A DNA stretch of 63,945 nt, counting the filler, from Octopus bimaculoides (Eukaryota), in assembly GCF_001194135.2 (NCBI RefSeq). It is 6 parts of 5 records of this genome, joined end to end, with 100 filler letters (N's around TTAATTAATTAA, not from the genome) between each part and the next. Parts side by side here need not be neighbours in the genome. Positions count along the whole stretch, not along the records: positions 1 to 29,038 come from NC_068990.1; positions 29,139 to 44,559 come from NC_068986.1; 4 more parts are not named here. One strand, given 5' to 3'. Below the pieces are notes generated by a model. The model ran no database searches and was not told the origin of the DNA. It saw only the letters and a list, made by a program, of their open reading frames with translations. A program made the translations under genes and the position numbers. Shown here piece by piece: positions 26,314-38,330 of this stretch (within the stretch, counting starts at the first letter, position 1; each line of letters opens with the position of its first letter).

Positions 26314-26586
26314 CAGTAATGCCTCGATATACGAGTTAATTTGTTCCCTGTGATCACTCGTAAAACGAAAAATCGTAAAGCAGAGCAACAATTTCCCACA
26401 GTAACAATGAACTTTTATGCTGTCATCTTACTCATTTGTATAGACGCACCAGAACCAGTGCCGCCACATGTTGTGACGTTACCGCACACACAAAACGGCT
26501 GTTTAACCGTTTTATATTTATTATAAAACAAAACACGTAAAACGGAGTTTTCAGAAAGCAGGTCCTCGTAGAGTGAAGTAATTCTG
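26314..26586. mobile_element. Tigger/pogo-like MITE (~273 bp)
   Basis: Left end TA|CAGTAATGCCTCGATATACGAG. Right end revcomp CAGAATTACTTCACTCTACGAG (15/22 match) followed by TA. Confidence 0.65.
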
Positions 26587-26670
26587 TATATGTATGTATG
26601 TATGTATCCATTTATTTATCCTCATTTATAAGTCGGTGGTAAGTGGGCATAAATACTACCTTTTTATGTT

Positions 26671-26718
<48 letters not shown>

Positions 26719-27479
26719 NNNNNNNNNNNNNNNNNNNNNNNNNNNNNNNNNNNNNNNNNNNNNNNNNNNNNNNNNNNNNNNNNNNNNNNNNNNNNNNNNN
26801 NNNNNNNNNNNNNNNNNNNNNNNNNNNNNNNNNNNNNNNNNNNNNNNNNNNNNNNNNNNNNNNNNNNNNNNNNNNNNNNNNNNNNNNNNNNNNNNNNNNN
26901 NNNNNNNNNNNNNNNNNNNNNNNNNNNNNNNNNNNNNNNNNNNNNNNNNNNNNNNNNNNNNNNNNNNNNNNNNNNNNNNNNNNNNNNNNNNNNNNNNNNN
27001 NNNNNNNNNNNNNNNNNNNNNNNNNNNNNNNNNNNNNNNNNNNNNNNNNNNNNNNNNNNNNNNNNNNNNNNNNNNNNNNNNNNNNNNNNNNNNNNNNNNN
27101 NNNNNNNNNNNNNNNNNNNTATATATACACATACATACATACATACATACATACATACAATCATATATACATACATACAAACCTGCACATACAAACCTGG
27201 ATACATAAATACACACATACATACACACATACATACATGTGTGTGTGTATAATGTGGATGATAATATTTTCAATTAAAACGTTACAATTGTATTTGATTG
27301 CTCAAGTGTTTCAGTTCTGTAGACGTACATATACTTACACGATTACTGATATTTATCAACCGTTTCTCCCATACTTTTAATGAGCTACTTTTTATTTTAA
27401 GTAAAGCTGTTGGCACATTTGTCGACACTCTATGGTAATAATTTAATAAATCATGTCACAGCAAAATTAAAATAAAGTC

Positions 27480-27935
27480 CAGTTTCTGTCTTACAGAGTA
27501 ACATTCACAATGTGAGTGAAAATAAAAACACAACTATGAACATTTTATTTGTAGTCACCCATAATTTTAGAAATTGTAATATCTTATATTCGGTTCAGCC
27601 TACCTTCCACTTTTATATCAATCATCAAATCTCCGACAAATTATTTAAAAATCACAAATCATCAACAATCGTAGACAACCACCAAGTCTTAAAATACTCC
27701 TAACAAAGGCGAAATTCATATAGGAAGAAGAAATTATGCATGTACAAGCTGTAGAGACTTGTACTGTGGGACGTGTGAAATAGTTAAACGGGAAGCAACC
27801 AAAAGCTTCAAGAATGGGAAAGAATTCAAGATCAAATTCAAACACGATTTGCAAAACAAATGTTTTACCAAATGCTTCACATGCCCACAATTCAATGAGA
27901 ATTATATTGGCTATGCAGAATCAATAAATTAAGGA
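27480..27935 (+). mobile_element. Penelope-like element, linker and GIY-YIG endonuclease fragment
   Basis: RRQPPSLKILLTKAKF, then CTSCRDLYCGTCEIVKREATKSFKNGKEFKIKF and CFTCPQFNENYIG: the PLE Cys-rich linker plus the YIG motif. Confidence 0.75.
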
Positions 27936-28589
27936 TTGATCTCTCTCTTGCTTTTTTTTTTCTCTCTCTCCTCTTCTATATCACTCTCTCCCTCTCTTTC
28001 TTCCTTGCTCTCTTAGAGCAGTTCTATAGCATAGGAGTCATAATTCCTCGCGATATTTGAAGCTACTACACTCTTCTGTGAACTCACTTAAAGAACATAT
28101 CTAGAAAGAAGAGACACTACATAACTGCAGTTGGATTAATCTTACTTTAAACGATAAATATTTCGGCTTCATGTCATTTTAGCAATAGTGTTTGTGCAGG
28201 TGTACAAGACTAGAGACAATTTACTAATAAGTGACAAAATACTGATAATTAAACAAAATTTTAACCTTAATGAAGTGTAATGGACATTACATCCTGAAGA
28301 TACACGCGAGCTGAAATGGGTTGTTAGCTTATGCCATTCTTTTGTTAACTGTTTCAAATGTCTATGTAGTCGGGGGTAGACATAGGCACCCTTTCAGCTT
28401 CTCTTAATCCAACAGCAGCTTCCCTTATCTGTTTCTCTTAACACATCATAGAAAGAAGAAAGGGAGAAACAAATTGTTTCGTGCTTATGTGATTTCTGGC
28501 CTCGAAATGCGATCCTAGCCACGTTAATGGCGTACTCTCAACAGAAGAGAGCCCAGGTTATAGGAAGCCCCAAACATGAGAACAATATG

Positions 28590-28779
28590 TTATCACAGTT
28601 CTATATTTAAGAGATGAGGAATTATATACATTATTTACATTATATACATTTGACGGCTATTTGTCCTCATCTTGTGTGTTGCTAACACAACATTTCGGCT
28701 GATATACCCTCCAGCCTTCATCAGGTGTCTTGGGGAAATTTCGAACTTGGGTTCTCATTCCTAAGGTATTTTTCGATCT
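28590..28779 (-). mobile_element. Penelope pLTR-like segment carrying a hammerhead motif
   Basis: Contains the hammerhead at 28684-28729. PLE pseudo-LTRs are known to carry minimal hammerheads; assignment of this segment is an inference. Confidence 0.5.
28684..28729 (-). ncRNA. Minimal type-I hammerhead ribozyme motif (C15.2->U variant)
   Basis: Minus strand GACAC CTGATGA A GGCTG GAGGGTATAT CAGCC GAAA T GTT GTGTT: 5-bp stem I, 5-bp stem II, loop-less stem III, GUU cleavage triplet. Confidence 0.7.
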
Positions 28780-28799
28780 TATTATTATTATTATTATTT

Positions 28800-29038
28800 T
28801 ATGTTTGACTTTTGTTTTGCATTTGTACAAGTTGGATCCAAGTCTCACCCAGAGACCTCAAGAGACAACAAGTTAGAAGTTCATGTAGGTGTTATGCCTA
28901 GGGTACCATATATTTGGATTTGTACAGTTTTGTTCAAGTGAATGTTTAAGAAACTATAAGAAAATTATGTGTTTGCTTTAAAATTTGAGATCACATAGAC
29001 AGTATTTTACGTAGGATATGGGCAGTTCCCATGAGCAC
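28800..29038 (-). mobile_element. R4/Dong-like element 3' end with (TAA)n tail
   Basis: Minus strand VLMGTAHILRKILSM*, then ~190 nt of UTR, then TAAAATAATAATAATAATAATAAG (28779-28800). Confidence 0.8.
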
Positions 29039-29138
29039 NNNNNNNNNNNNNNNNNNNNNNNNNNNNNNNNNNNNNNNNNNNNTTAATTAATTAANNNNNN
29101 NNNNNNNNNNNNNNNNNNNNNNNNNNNNNNNNNNNNNN

Positions 29139-29373
29139 CTAAGGCGGTGAGCTAGCAGAAACGTTAGCACGCCGGGCGAAATGCTTAGCAGTATTTCGTC
29201 TGCCGCTACGTTTTGAGTTCAAATCCCGCCGAGGTCGACTTTGCCTTTCATTCTTTCGAGGTCGATAAATAAAGTACCAGTTATGCACTGGGGTCCATTT
29301 AATCGACTTAGTCCCTTTGTCTGTCCTTGTTTGTCCCCTCTGTGTTTAGCCCCTTGTGGGCAATAAAGAAATA
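29139..29373 (+). mobile_element. SINE family B, full length
   Basis: AAGGCGGTGAGCTAGCAGAAACGTTAGCACGCCGGGCG through GGGCAATAAAGAAATA. Confidence 0.9.
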
Positions 29374-29570
29374 AGAATCGTTAGCATACTGGGTAACATT
29401 CTTTGCGGCATTTCATACATCTATATGTTCTGAGTTCAAATTTCGCCGAGGTCCACGTTGCTTTTTATACTTTCAGAGTCGATAAAATAAGTACCAGCTG
29501 AGTACCAGGAGTCAATGTAATCGACTTCCAGCTTGCTTGAAATTGTGCCAAAGTTTGAAACCAATATTGT
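29374..29570 (+). mobile_element. SINE family B variant directly abutting the previous copy
   Basis: GAATCGTTAGCA..GAGTTCAAATTTCGCCGAGGTC..GTCGATAAAATAAGTACCAG..TTGTGCCAAAGTTTGAAACCAAT; the same 3' end is seen at 44505-44525. Confidence 0.75.
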
Positions 29571-31517
29571 TGGTAGCATTTTACTTGCGGGATATGTTCC
29601 CATGTATAACTTTCTGTTGGTATGATGGGTATTTCTCTTCCAATTTTCTGTTTAAGTAGGTCAGCCCAGTCAACTTTGGTTTACATAGGAAAACTGTATG
29701 CTCAGACTACTTCTTCACAAGTTTTTCAACTCATCTCATGATGCTATTACCTTCCCTATTCAGCATACACACGATGTATCCATTTCATTTTTTTATTTTT
29801 CAGTATGTGTAGTCTAAGTGATACAATGTGGCCTTTACATACCGTCTGGGGTCCATTTAATCGACTTAGTCCCTTTGTCTGTCCTTGTTTGTCCCCTCTG
29901 TGTTTAGCCCCTTGTGGGCAATAAAGAAATAAGAATCGTTAGCATACTGAAAGCTTCTGCTTTCATCCTTCGTTTAACGTCTTCAATTCCCTCCAAATGA
30001 CCATCCGACCCGGCCCAAAGTCGAATATCGAGAGACACGTCCCCTGCCGATAGCGCAATTTGTGTTTAACGGAATTTGACTTAGTCGTTAGTATCTCTTG
30101 ACGACAAATCCCAAAGTACTAAGATAATCTATAATAAAGTCGCAGCTGGTGATTCGCGAATTTACTATTTACTTTGCATTTGATGATAATATCTAATTGT
30201 CCAATATTTTTTTCTGAGTTTACCGACATTTGTCTGAAGAGAGATCATTCATTAAAGTGTGTTCTCACTACAATTGAGTTTTGTTATTTCCATCTATTGG
30301 CGAATGATACACGAAACACAGTACAAAGGACATTCAATATCCAAAACTTGGGATTTTCGATCTGTGCTGAATGTTCCTAAGCAACGCACTCGATCACAAA
30401 TAACATCAAATCGGCAGATTTTTGTTATCGATTTGTGTTGTAATTGTTCTTTCATATAATTGTTTATTAATACAAATAATGAAGTTTTGTTTGCACTTCT
30501 CTGTTAGCTTTGCTTTGAGATATTTATATCCTTCACTCATTTCTGTTTGTTCATAAGCTCCTCCATGTAATAGCAGTATGCTCGTCTCCGTGTTATTATT
30601 GTCATTATTTTTGTCGCATCGTGGTTCGTGTTGTTTACTATCTTCTCAGGAGAAGAATTCACTGGCCTCTACTCATATGCTTTTTTGATGGTCGGTGAGG
30701 GTAAATGCAAATTTTTCTTGACGTATTTGGTTTGTTGTCACAACTGTCTGGCACTAATGTTCTAATAGTTGGAATATTTTAGATGCCATTCACTCTTCAC
30801 TCTTTTCATGTAGCCAATCGAGGGATCTTCTTAGCCTTTATATATAACTGATACAAGCTTTAATTCAATTCAAAGATCCATTGAAATTTCTCCCGATATC
30901 TCCGTGAACTGGAAGAGCTGACTCCAGTTATGGTGTCATGATCTTCCCGAAAAATGGTGTCAATTCTCATTTCTCCAAAGAAGATAACGAATGATCTTTT
31001 TTCTTTTACCAGGCTTATATCAATAACAAAAGTTTAAAGGAATAAATATTCGTTACAGAAAAATGAACAGTCCCCTAAGGCCAACGTGACTGACGTCATA
31101 TTGTGTGTGTGCGTTCGCGTGTGTATATGTATGCACGTATGCATGTATCGCGAGGTATTTGCAAATTCTAGGTTGGTGTCTGGCACTAGTGGTCTGTATG
31201 ACCACTGGGAGTGAAGCACACCTAAGCTTTCTTTGAAGCATGTATTTAAAGGAGGGAATAATGTGTTATTTCGGATAGGTATTGTCTAAGGGTGGGACAT
31301 CGTTACGTGATTCTAACAGGAAAACCTGAGCTCTTAATATAGTTCCTTACAAATTTTTCAATTGGATCTCCGGCAGACCACGGCACAACAGAGCTTCCAG
31401 CAGCCTCACACACACGCTCGCGCACACACACATCTACATACACACACATACATATATGCATGCATACATGCATACAAATATGTATACATATATATATATG
31501 TGTGTGTGTGTGCGTGA

Positions 31518-31554
<37 letters not shown>

Positions 31555-32354
31555 AATGCACATATACATACATACAATATATACATACACACATTTTTTT
31601 TTCGCTCTTGTAGTTTTTTTACTCGTAGTTTGCAAGATTCTTGAAGTGAATTCGTGTGTTGAAACAAGTTTTGTTGTCTTAGGAAGGTCATCACGCCAAT
31701 AATAATAACACACACACTGGTTCAGTTCCACTTCTTTATTATTAGTCAATTGGCTTAGTAGTTATCCAACTAACTAATCTATTGTTTGTTTAACGTGTTG
31801 ATTATACAATCAATCGGTTGCTTGGTTCGCCAAAGTTCTTTCGTCGCCGTTTGCAACCTTTTCAGTAACTCGTGATCTCTCAACTTATTTGGAAGACTGC
31901 TTCCGTCTGTCTGAGACTCAGACTTATGTGCGTGTGCGTCTGTGTGTGTCTGTGGATGCTTGTATGTGTGTGTGTATAGGTGTGTGTAGGTCAGAAGGTG
32001 GGGTTAAGGATAAGAAAGGTTTGTGTGTGTATGTGTACGTGTGTGTGCGTGGTTGTGTGTGTCCACCCGTGTGACTGCTTGTGTGTGTGTGTTTGTGTGT
32101 GCACTGGCTATTCGTGACCTCTTTTAGGGTTCACTCTTTTGTCTTTGTCATTTCACGATAAAAAACACTCTGCAATATTTTTCTTGTACTGGCTTTGTAA
32201 GTTTAGTTTTATTGCATTAATAACACTGTGTAACACAGTTTTTCTCCTTGCGTAGCAACTGTTATTTCCTATTTGCTTACCTCTAGAAAGTATGAAAAAT
32301 GGCTATTTTTTTCAAACTTTGCTTTTGTTACATTTATTCAAACTCCAAAGAATG

Positions 32355-32505
32355 CGGCTCAGCACATGGCTCTGATGTTCCTCTACTCCTCTTGCTCATC
32401 GTCAGAGATGCATTTATTGTCAGCCACTAAGAGATATGCTCAAGTGGTTAAGATCAAGCGACTGACCAGTAAATCTGGTATTGAGCAGAATATTTGCTAC
32501 AACAA
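32355..32505 (-). mobile_element. Internal fragment of element X
   Basis: Matches the reverse complement of ~9400-9550 (CACATGGCT.TGATG..TGCTCAT..TCAGAGATGCA..GAGCAGAATATTTGCT). Confidence 0.7.
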
Positions 32506-32738
32506 TATTTCTGAAATTCAGTAACTCAGCACTGAATCTGTTTGAAATGTAATGGAACATTGATGTCCAGGTCACAAAACTAAAGTTTGAAGGGAATAGT
32601 AGTCATTTCCTTTGATTTCTAGATAGAAACAAATAGGAAATAACACGTACTGACCAAAAACAAGCAAGCAGATAAATAAATGAATAAATAATAAATAATG
32701 AATAAGCAAAAAATTTTAAAAATTGTTACACGCCGATA

Positions 32739-33133
32739 GGCGTAGGAGTGGCTGTGTGGTAAGTAGCTTGCTTACCAACCACATGGTCCCGGGTTCAGAC
32801 CTTGGGCAAGTGTCTTCTACTATAGCCTCGGGCCGACCAAAGCCTTGTGAGTGGATTTGGTAGACGGAAACTGAAAGAAGCCCGTTGTATATATGTATAT
32901 ATATATATATGTATGTGTGTATATGTTGTGTATCTGTTTGTCCCCCTCACCCCAACATCGCTTGACAACCGATGCTGGTATGTTTAGGTCCCCGTAACTT
33001 AACGGTTCGTCAAAAAGAGACCGATAGAATAAGTACTAGGCTTACAAAGAATAAGTCCTGGGGTCGATTTGATTCGACTAAAGGCGGTGCTCCAGCATGG
33101 CCACAGTCAAATTACTGAAACAAGTAAAAGAGA
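32739..33133 (+). mobile_element. SINE family A (tRNA-derived head, internal TA/TG microsatellite, (GTAAAAGA)-like tail)
   Basis: GGCGTAGGAGTGGCTGTGTGGTAAGTAGC..CCGGGTTCAG head. Multiple near-identical copies in the window. Confidence 0.9.
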
Positions 33134-33869
33134 GCGTAATTAGCTTAAGCAACTTGTTCTGTGACCTTTTGATTTCTCGAGCAATTTGAGAAATTTTCAA
33201 GTGATAAATTTAGGTTTTGCCACAGTCCACCCCCGAAAAATATTGCCTGCTCATCTATTTAATAAACATCATGCTGTAATCTGAATCTTGAAACTATCGT
33301 CCTTTAGTGTACTGCAAAGCAGCGAAACACGAAGAATGGCAGTTATATAATTTGTGCTACTGTTAAACATGCAATGGATTTTCCCTTCTTTCATATCTTA
33401 TTCCTTTTATTTCTTATAGCTTTACAATTGAATTCAGAAGTGGCGTTCAATTTGATGTATTATACAAATAATCAAATTATTATTTATATAACAACTTTGC
33501 CTGTCCACATAATTTCAAAACCTAATCTCATCCGAGCTGTTAGAAAGCGCTGGCTCCACAACCGAGTATGGCAAATCGACATAGACTGGATGTCTCTTGC
33601 TTTATTTTTCTTAGTCTTTCTTCCTCTTTCTTGCACTTTCTCCTACGCATTCATTCTTCATTCTCTTTCTCTTTGTCTTTATTTTTCGCTTGGTCACTGC
33701 TGCTACACAGATCTCCACGGTAAAGAAAGACGCAGTATATCTCGAGATAACCGAAGCGCACTTCATTAAAAATTAAATCCATCCGAACCAGTCGAGTGAG
33801 CTGACACCTAGATCGTAACCGGATTTCGTTATCTGGTAATCGAACATCAACAAATACAACGCATCTGAA

Positions 33870-34165
33870 ATACTCTCTCTCTTTTACTCTTTTACCTGTT
33901 TCAGTCATTTGACTGCGGCCATGCTGGAGCACCGCCTTTAGTCGAGCAAATCACACACACAATCACACACAATCACACACACACATATATATACATATAT
34001 ACGACGGGCTTCTTTCAGTTTCCGCCTACCAAATCCACTCACAAGGCTTTGGTCGGCCCGAGGCTATAGTTGAAGACACTTGCCCAAGGTGCCACGCATT
34101 GGGACTGAACCCGGGACCATGTGGTTGGTAAGCAAGCTACTTACCACACAGCCACTCCTGCGCCT
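33870..34165 (-). mobile_element. SINE family A with an internal deletion
   Basis: Colinear with the 18874-19272 copy, but jumps from GAGCAAATC straight to the CA repeat. Confidence 0.9.
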
Positions 34166-34290
34166 AAATGATTTTTTTTTAAAATCCGAAAGCTTGCACA
34201 ACACAATTCATCAATAGCAACATATCCAGCATCAAGGTTCAGTCAACAGATATTAATTAAGTTAATTAAACTTAATTCCCCACCTGTCTG

Positions 34291-34345
<55 letters not shown>

Positions 34346-35479
34346 CTGTGTGTCTACACGCACACGCACGCACACACGCGCGAACGCGTACATGCACACA
34401 AGCACGCACATTTATGAAAAACAGACGACAAGCAATATCATTAATATTTCAGGAATTCATTCCCTACAGCTGTTTGAATAACCCACACATTTCATTAAAA
34501 TTCTATACTTATTTAACGACATAAATATACAAGAGGATCACATTTTTCAAGGTTCCATCTCCATATACCTAAATGTCTACCTCTCTCTCTGTAACCTCGA
34601 CTGTAAACACGATTNNNNNNNNNNNNNNNNNNNNNNNNNNNNNNNNNNNNNNNNNNNNNNNNNNNNNNNNNNNNNNNNNNNNNNNNNNNNNNNNNNNNNN
34701 NNNNNNNNNNNNNNNNNNNNNNNNNNNNNNNNNNNNNNNNNNNNNNNNNNNNNNNNNNNNNNNNNNNNNNNNNNNNNNNNNNNNNNNNNNNNNNNNNNNN
34801 NNNNNNNNNNNNNNNNNNNNNNNNNNNNNNNNNNNNNNNNNNNNNNNNNNNNNNNNNNNNNNNNNNNNNNNNNNNNNNNNNNNNNNNNNNNNNNNNNNNN
34901 NNNNNNNNNNNNNNNNNNNNNNNNNNNNNNNNNNNNNNNNNNNNNNNNNNNNNNNNNNNNNNNNNNNNNNNNNNNNNNNNNNNNNNNNNNNNNNNNNNNN
35001 NNNNNNNNNNNNNNNNNNNNNNNNNNNNNNNNNNNNNNNNNNNNNNNNNNNNNNNNNNNNNNNNNNNNNNNNNNNNNNNNNNNNNNNNNNNNNNNNNNNN
35101 NNNNNNNNNNNNNNNNNNNNNNNNNNNNNNNNNNNNNNNNNNNNNNNNNNNNNNNNNNNNNNNNNNNNNNNNNNNNNNNNNNNNNNNNNNNNNNNNNNNN
35201 NNNNNNNNNNNNNNNNNNNNNNNNNNNNNNNNNNNNNNNNNNNNNNNNNNNNNNNNNNNNNNNNNNNNNNNNNNNNNNNNNNNNNNNNNNNNNNNNNNNN
35301 NNNNNNNNNNNNNNNNNNNNNNNNNNNNNNNNNNNNNNNNNNNNNNNNNNNNNNNNNNNNNNNNNNNNNNNNNNNNNNNNNNNNNNNNNNNNNNNNAAAA
35401 TACATATAACTTATATGATATAACTTATACAATATATATATATATATAATATAACTTATATGATATTAGATCTGTACCC

Positions 35480-36050
35480 ATCATAGCCTTAGGAATTCTG
35501 TACACTAATTTTAGCTTCTCAAGGATACATAAAATTTGTTGCTGTAACGCGTAGGGACATAAATACGAATGTTAAAAGGCTTCCAGTATTCTGCCGCCCT
35601 ACTGAAGTCTTCTAAATCGAAAGAAAACTTTCGTTGGTATGAGTAATGTTGTGAATATAATTGCATTTCCTCCTGCGTCGGACCCTGTGATAATAGCCTC
35701 TGGGTTAAGAGGAATAAGCTTCTAAAGTATTTATCTTGTACCGCTGCGTAACTGCCCTCAATCTAAATTCTCCAACATCATTATTAGAGATCACTTTTTG
35801 TCTGAAGTCTCTGTGTCGAAAGAGCTGTATGTTATAAGGAAATATAAAAATTCTGTAGGGTAGTGAAACATTTCATTCTGCTCTATGACATTGTCTATCA
35901 ATTTGTAGTTTTGACTATTCTTGGAGATGTCTGCATAGCCGCCAGTTGATGCTGTTCATTGCTGTTCAATGCAGTTATAACTCTTCTGAATAGCCTCTTA
36001 TGTGTATAGTAATATACACATAATGATGGAATACCTTCGATATCAATTCC
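35480..36050 (-). mobile_element. Helitron Rep/Hel PIF1-like helicase fragment, decayed
   Basis: Minus strand FHYPTEFL (~35846-35866), MMLENLD*GQLRSGTR, EAIITGSDAGGNAIIF and FFRFRRLQ (~35602-35628) follow the Helitron order YPTEFL / LRNL..LCNGTR / I.TG...G / F.R.QFP. Confidence 0.75.
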
Positions 36051-36064
36051 TCTACTGTCTAAAC

Positions 36065-36366
36065 CAGTGGCTCTCAACCGGAGTCCATATGACACCTTGT
36101 GGTTCATATAAGATTTTGGGGGTCCATAGAAGCAAAATAGCAAATTGGAGATCCACTGTAATATTTTATGGCTTCATGAACAAATTTTGCTTTCGATGTA
36201 TTTATTGCTAGAAACAGCTAGGTTTCTTTGAAATTTTACATAGTTCAGCCTACACAAGTGAATGTATGATAGACATAAGAATTTTGAAAGGAATCTCTAT
36301 AAGATTAGTTTTTAAACATCGAATGACTATGGGGGTCCATTGATAAGAAATAGTTGAGAACCACTG
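36065..36366. mobile_element. hAT (Charlie-like) MITE, 302 bp
   Basis: TIRs CAGTGGCTCTCAAC and CAGTGGTTCTCAAC (13/14). Perfect 8-bp TSD GTCTAAAC at 36057-36064 and 36367-36374. Confidence 0.92.
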
Positions 36367-36389
36367 GTCTAAACTATGGGCTTATGTAT

Positions 36390-36720
36390 AAAGTGTGGTT
36401 TCTCGAAACCATTTTCTCTTGTTTCTTTTGACAGTATAAAGAATATCTCTGAGAAGAATGCTATAAAAATTCGAAGCCTTAGGGTGTAAAATGGGCATTA
36501 AAATTAATTTCCAACATGCCCATTTTCATTTCTTTCTGAGAAATCTGGTGGGTGTGAGTGAGGAGCAGGGAAAAGCTTTCATCAAGACGCGAAGGAAATG
36601 GAAAGAAGATATCAGGGAAGATGGAATGTCAATAAGATGGCCGCTACTGCTGGATATTGCATCGTGAATGTCTATCAAAAGCTCACAAACAAAAGAGTTG
36701 CTGGCGTAGTTTCCAAGTAA
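36390..36720 (+). mobile_element. Chapaev-like (CMC superfamily) transposase C-terminal fragment
   Basis: FEALGCKMGIKINF, VSEEQG, FHQD.KEMERRYQGRWNVNKMA and GYC resemble the LGCNMSLKIHF..SDEHGERFHQD..MEKRYQGKW..MLADYCW motif. The family name is from memory of that motif. Confidence 0.65.
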
Positions 36721-36831
36721 AAAAGAAGGTATTTTGAGGTACTGAACTTTAAAAAATTAATGGAACCCCTGTAAAAATCTTTTTTCTCATCTTTCAGTGG
36801 CAGTTGTGCCATTTTATTTTTCTAAATTATA

Positions 36832-37328
36832 GGCGCAGGAGTGGCTGTGTGGTAAGTAGCTTGCTTACCAACTACATGGTTCCGGGTCCATTCGCACTGC
36901 GTGGTCACCTTGGGCAAGTATCTTCCACTATAGCCTCGGGCCGACCAAAGCCTTGTGAGTGGATTTGGTAGACGGAAACTGAAAGAAGCCCGTCGTATAT
37001 ATGTATATATATATATATNNNNNNNNNNNNNNNNNNNNNNNNNNNNNNNNNNNNNNNNNNNNNNNNNNNNNNNNNNNNNNNNNNNNNNNNNNNNNNNNNT
37101 GTGTGTGTGTGTGTGTGTGTGTTTGACCCCCCAACATCACTTGACAACCGATGGTGGTGTGTTTACGTCCCCGTAACAGAGCGGTTCGGCAAAAGCGACC
37201 GATAGAATAAGTACTAGGCTTCCAAAGAATAAGTCCTGGGGTCGATTTGCTCGACTAAAGGCGGTGCCCCAGCATGGCCGCAGTCAAATGACTGAAACAA
37301 GTAAAAGAGTAAAGAGTAAAGAGAGAGT
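36832..37328 (+). mobile_element. SINE family A, full length (internal microsatellite partly gapped)
   Basis: Colinear with 32739-33133; (GAGTAAA) tail. Confidence 0.9.
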
Positions 37329-38264
37329 AAACTACCAAATTCATTTTTCAAATTTCATTTTGTCTTTTCATATGTGAATTTACCTACAAATTATGGTAGA
37401 TGTGATCATTAAATTGTGAGAAAATCTTAGGTAATGGGAAAGAGCTATTTTGATATTTCGAATTAGCACCACAAAAATATATAAAGTAAGAAACAAAAGT
37501 TCCATTTCGCAAACCTGTCTTATACTTATCATCTCCTCTTCCTTTCTTTCTTCCCCTCTCTCTCTCTGTATATGTATGTGCATATGTGTGTGTGTGTGTA
37601 TATCTGCGTGCATATGAGTGCACGTGTATTTGTGTATTTGCGCACGCACGTGTATACACGGATATCGAATTTCAATAACTGACGTAACGTGTAGTGGTAT
37701 CTCGAACTACAAAATGGTTTTGCTGCCGAATCTCTCCCTATTATTTTAGAAGAGGAAAGACACCATTACACACACGCACACACACACACACACACACACA
37801 AACGCCACAACGATATTTGAACATTTCCTTTGTTGACAATGACTATTTCCATCAACGTACATATTAAATCAATCAGCATCTATTTTAAAATCTTTTGTCT
37901 GTCCAACAACATGTATTTGCCATGTCTACTCTGTTGCAAGCATTTGAACATGGCTTCCGTTTCGAGGATTCCTTCCCTCCCATTAGTCTCAAAGGCCCAG
38001 TAACGGGTGATGGGTACTACCATTACTCTTGACTAAAAGGTAAATATACATCTACATTTATAGAAGAATGCACATACATGCAGTCACACATGTTTATAGT
38101 AGCGTAGCCACAGTGTGTGCCGCACGGCGCAGCACTTGAGTTTGATGCCCCCACTGGGCTCCCGAGCCTAAACTGGCCTATACAGTAGAACCCCAAAGTA
38201 CCATCCTCATTAAAGTGTCACCCGCACGGACCGCTTCATTCGCCGTCCCTCTACTATACAACTG

Positions 38265-38329
<65 letters not shown>

Positions 38330-38330
<1 letters not shown>

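Noticed and set aside
29083-29094. TTAATTAATTAA islands recurring at 29083, 44604, 55500, 59483 and 62746
   Set aside because: Each sits centred in a ~100-nt block (44 N + 12 + 44 N where counted) and gives stops in all six frames. This is an artificial contig-joining spacer, not biology.
30651-30701. Possible 45-51-nt exon (GEEFTGLYSYAFLMV)
   Set aside because: Splice signals are plausible but short, there is no recognisable homology, and it has no linkable neighbours.
30813-30848. CCAAT followed by a TATATAA promoter-like arrangement
   Set aside because: Both motifs are common in AT-rich DNA, and no downstream exon or transcript can be supported.
32739-32810. tRNA-like heads of SINE families A, B and C as tRNA genes
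   Set aside because: They do not form complete cloverleaves and continue into shared SINE bodies.
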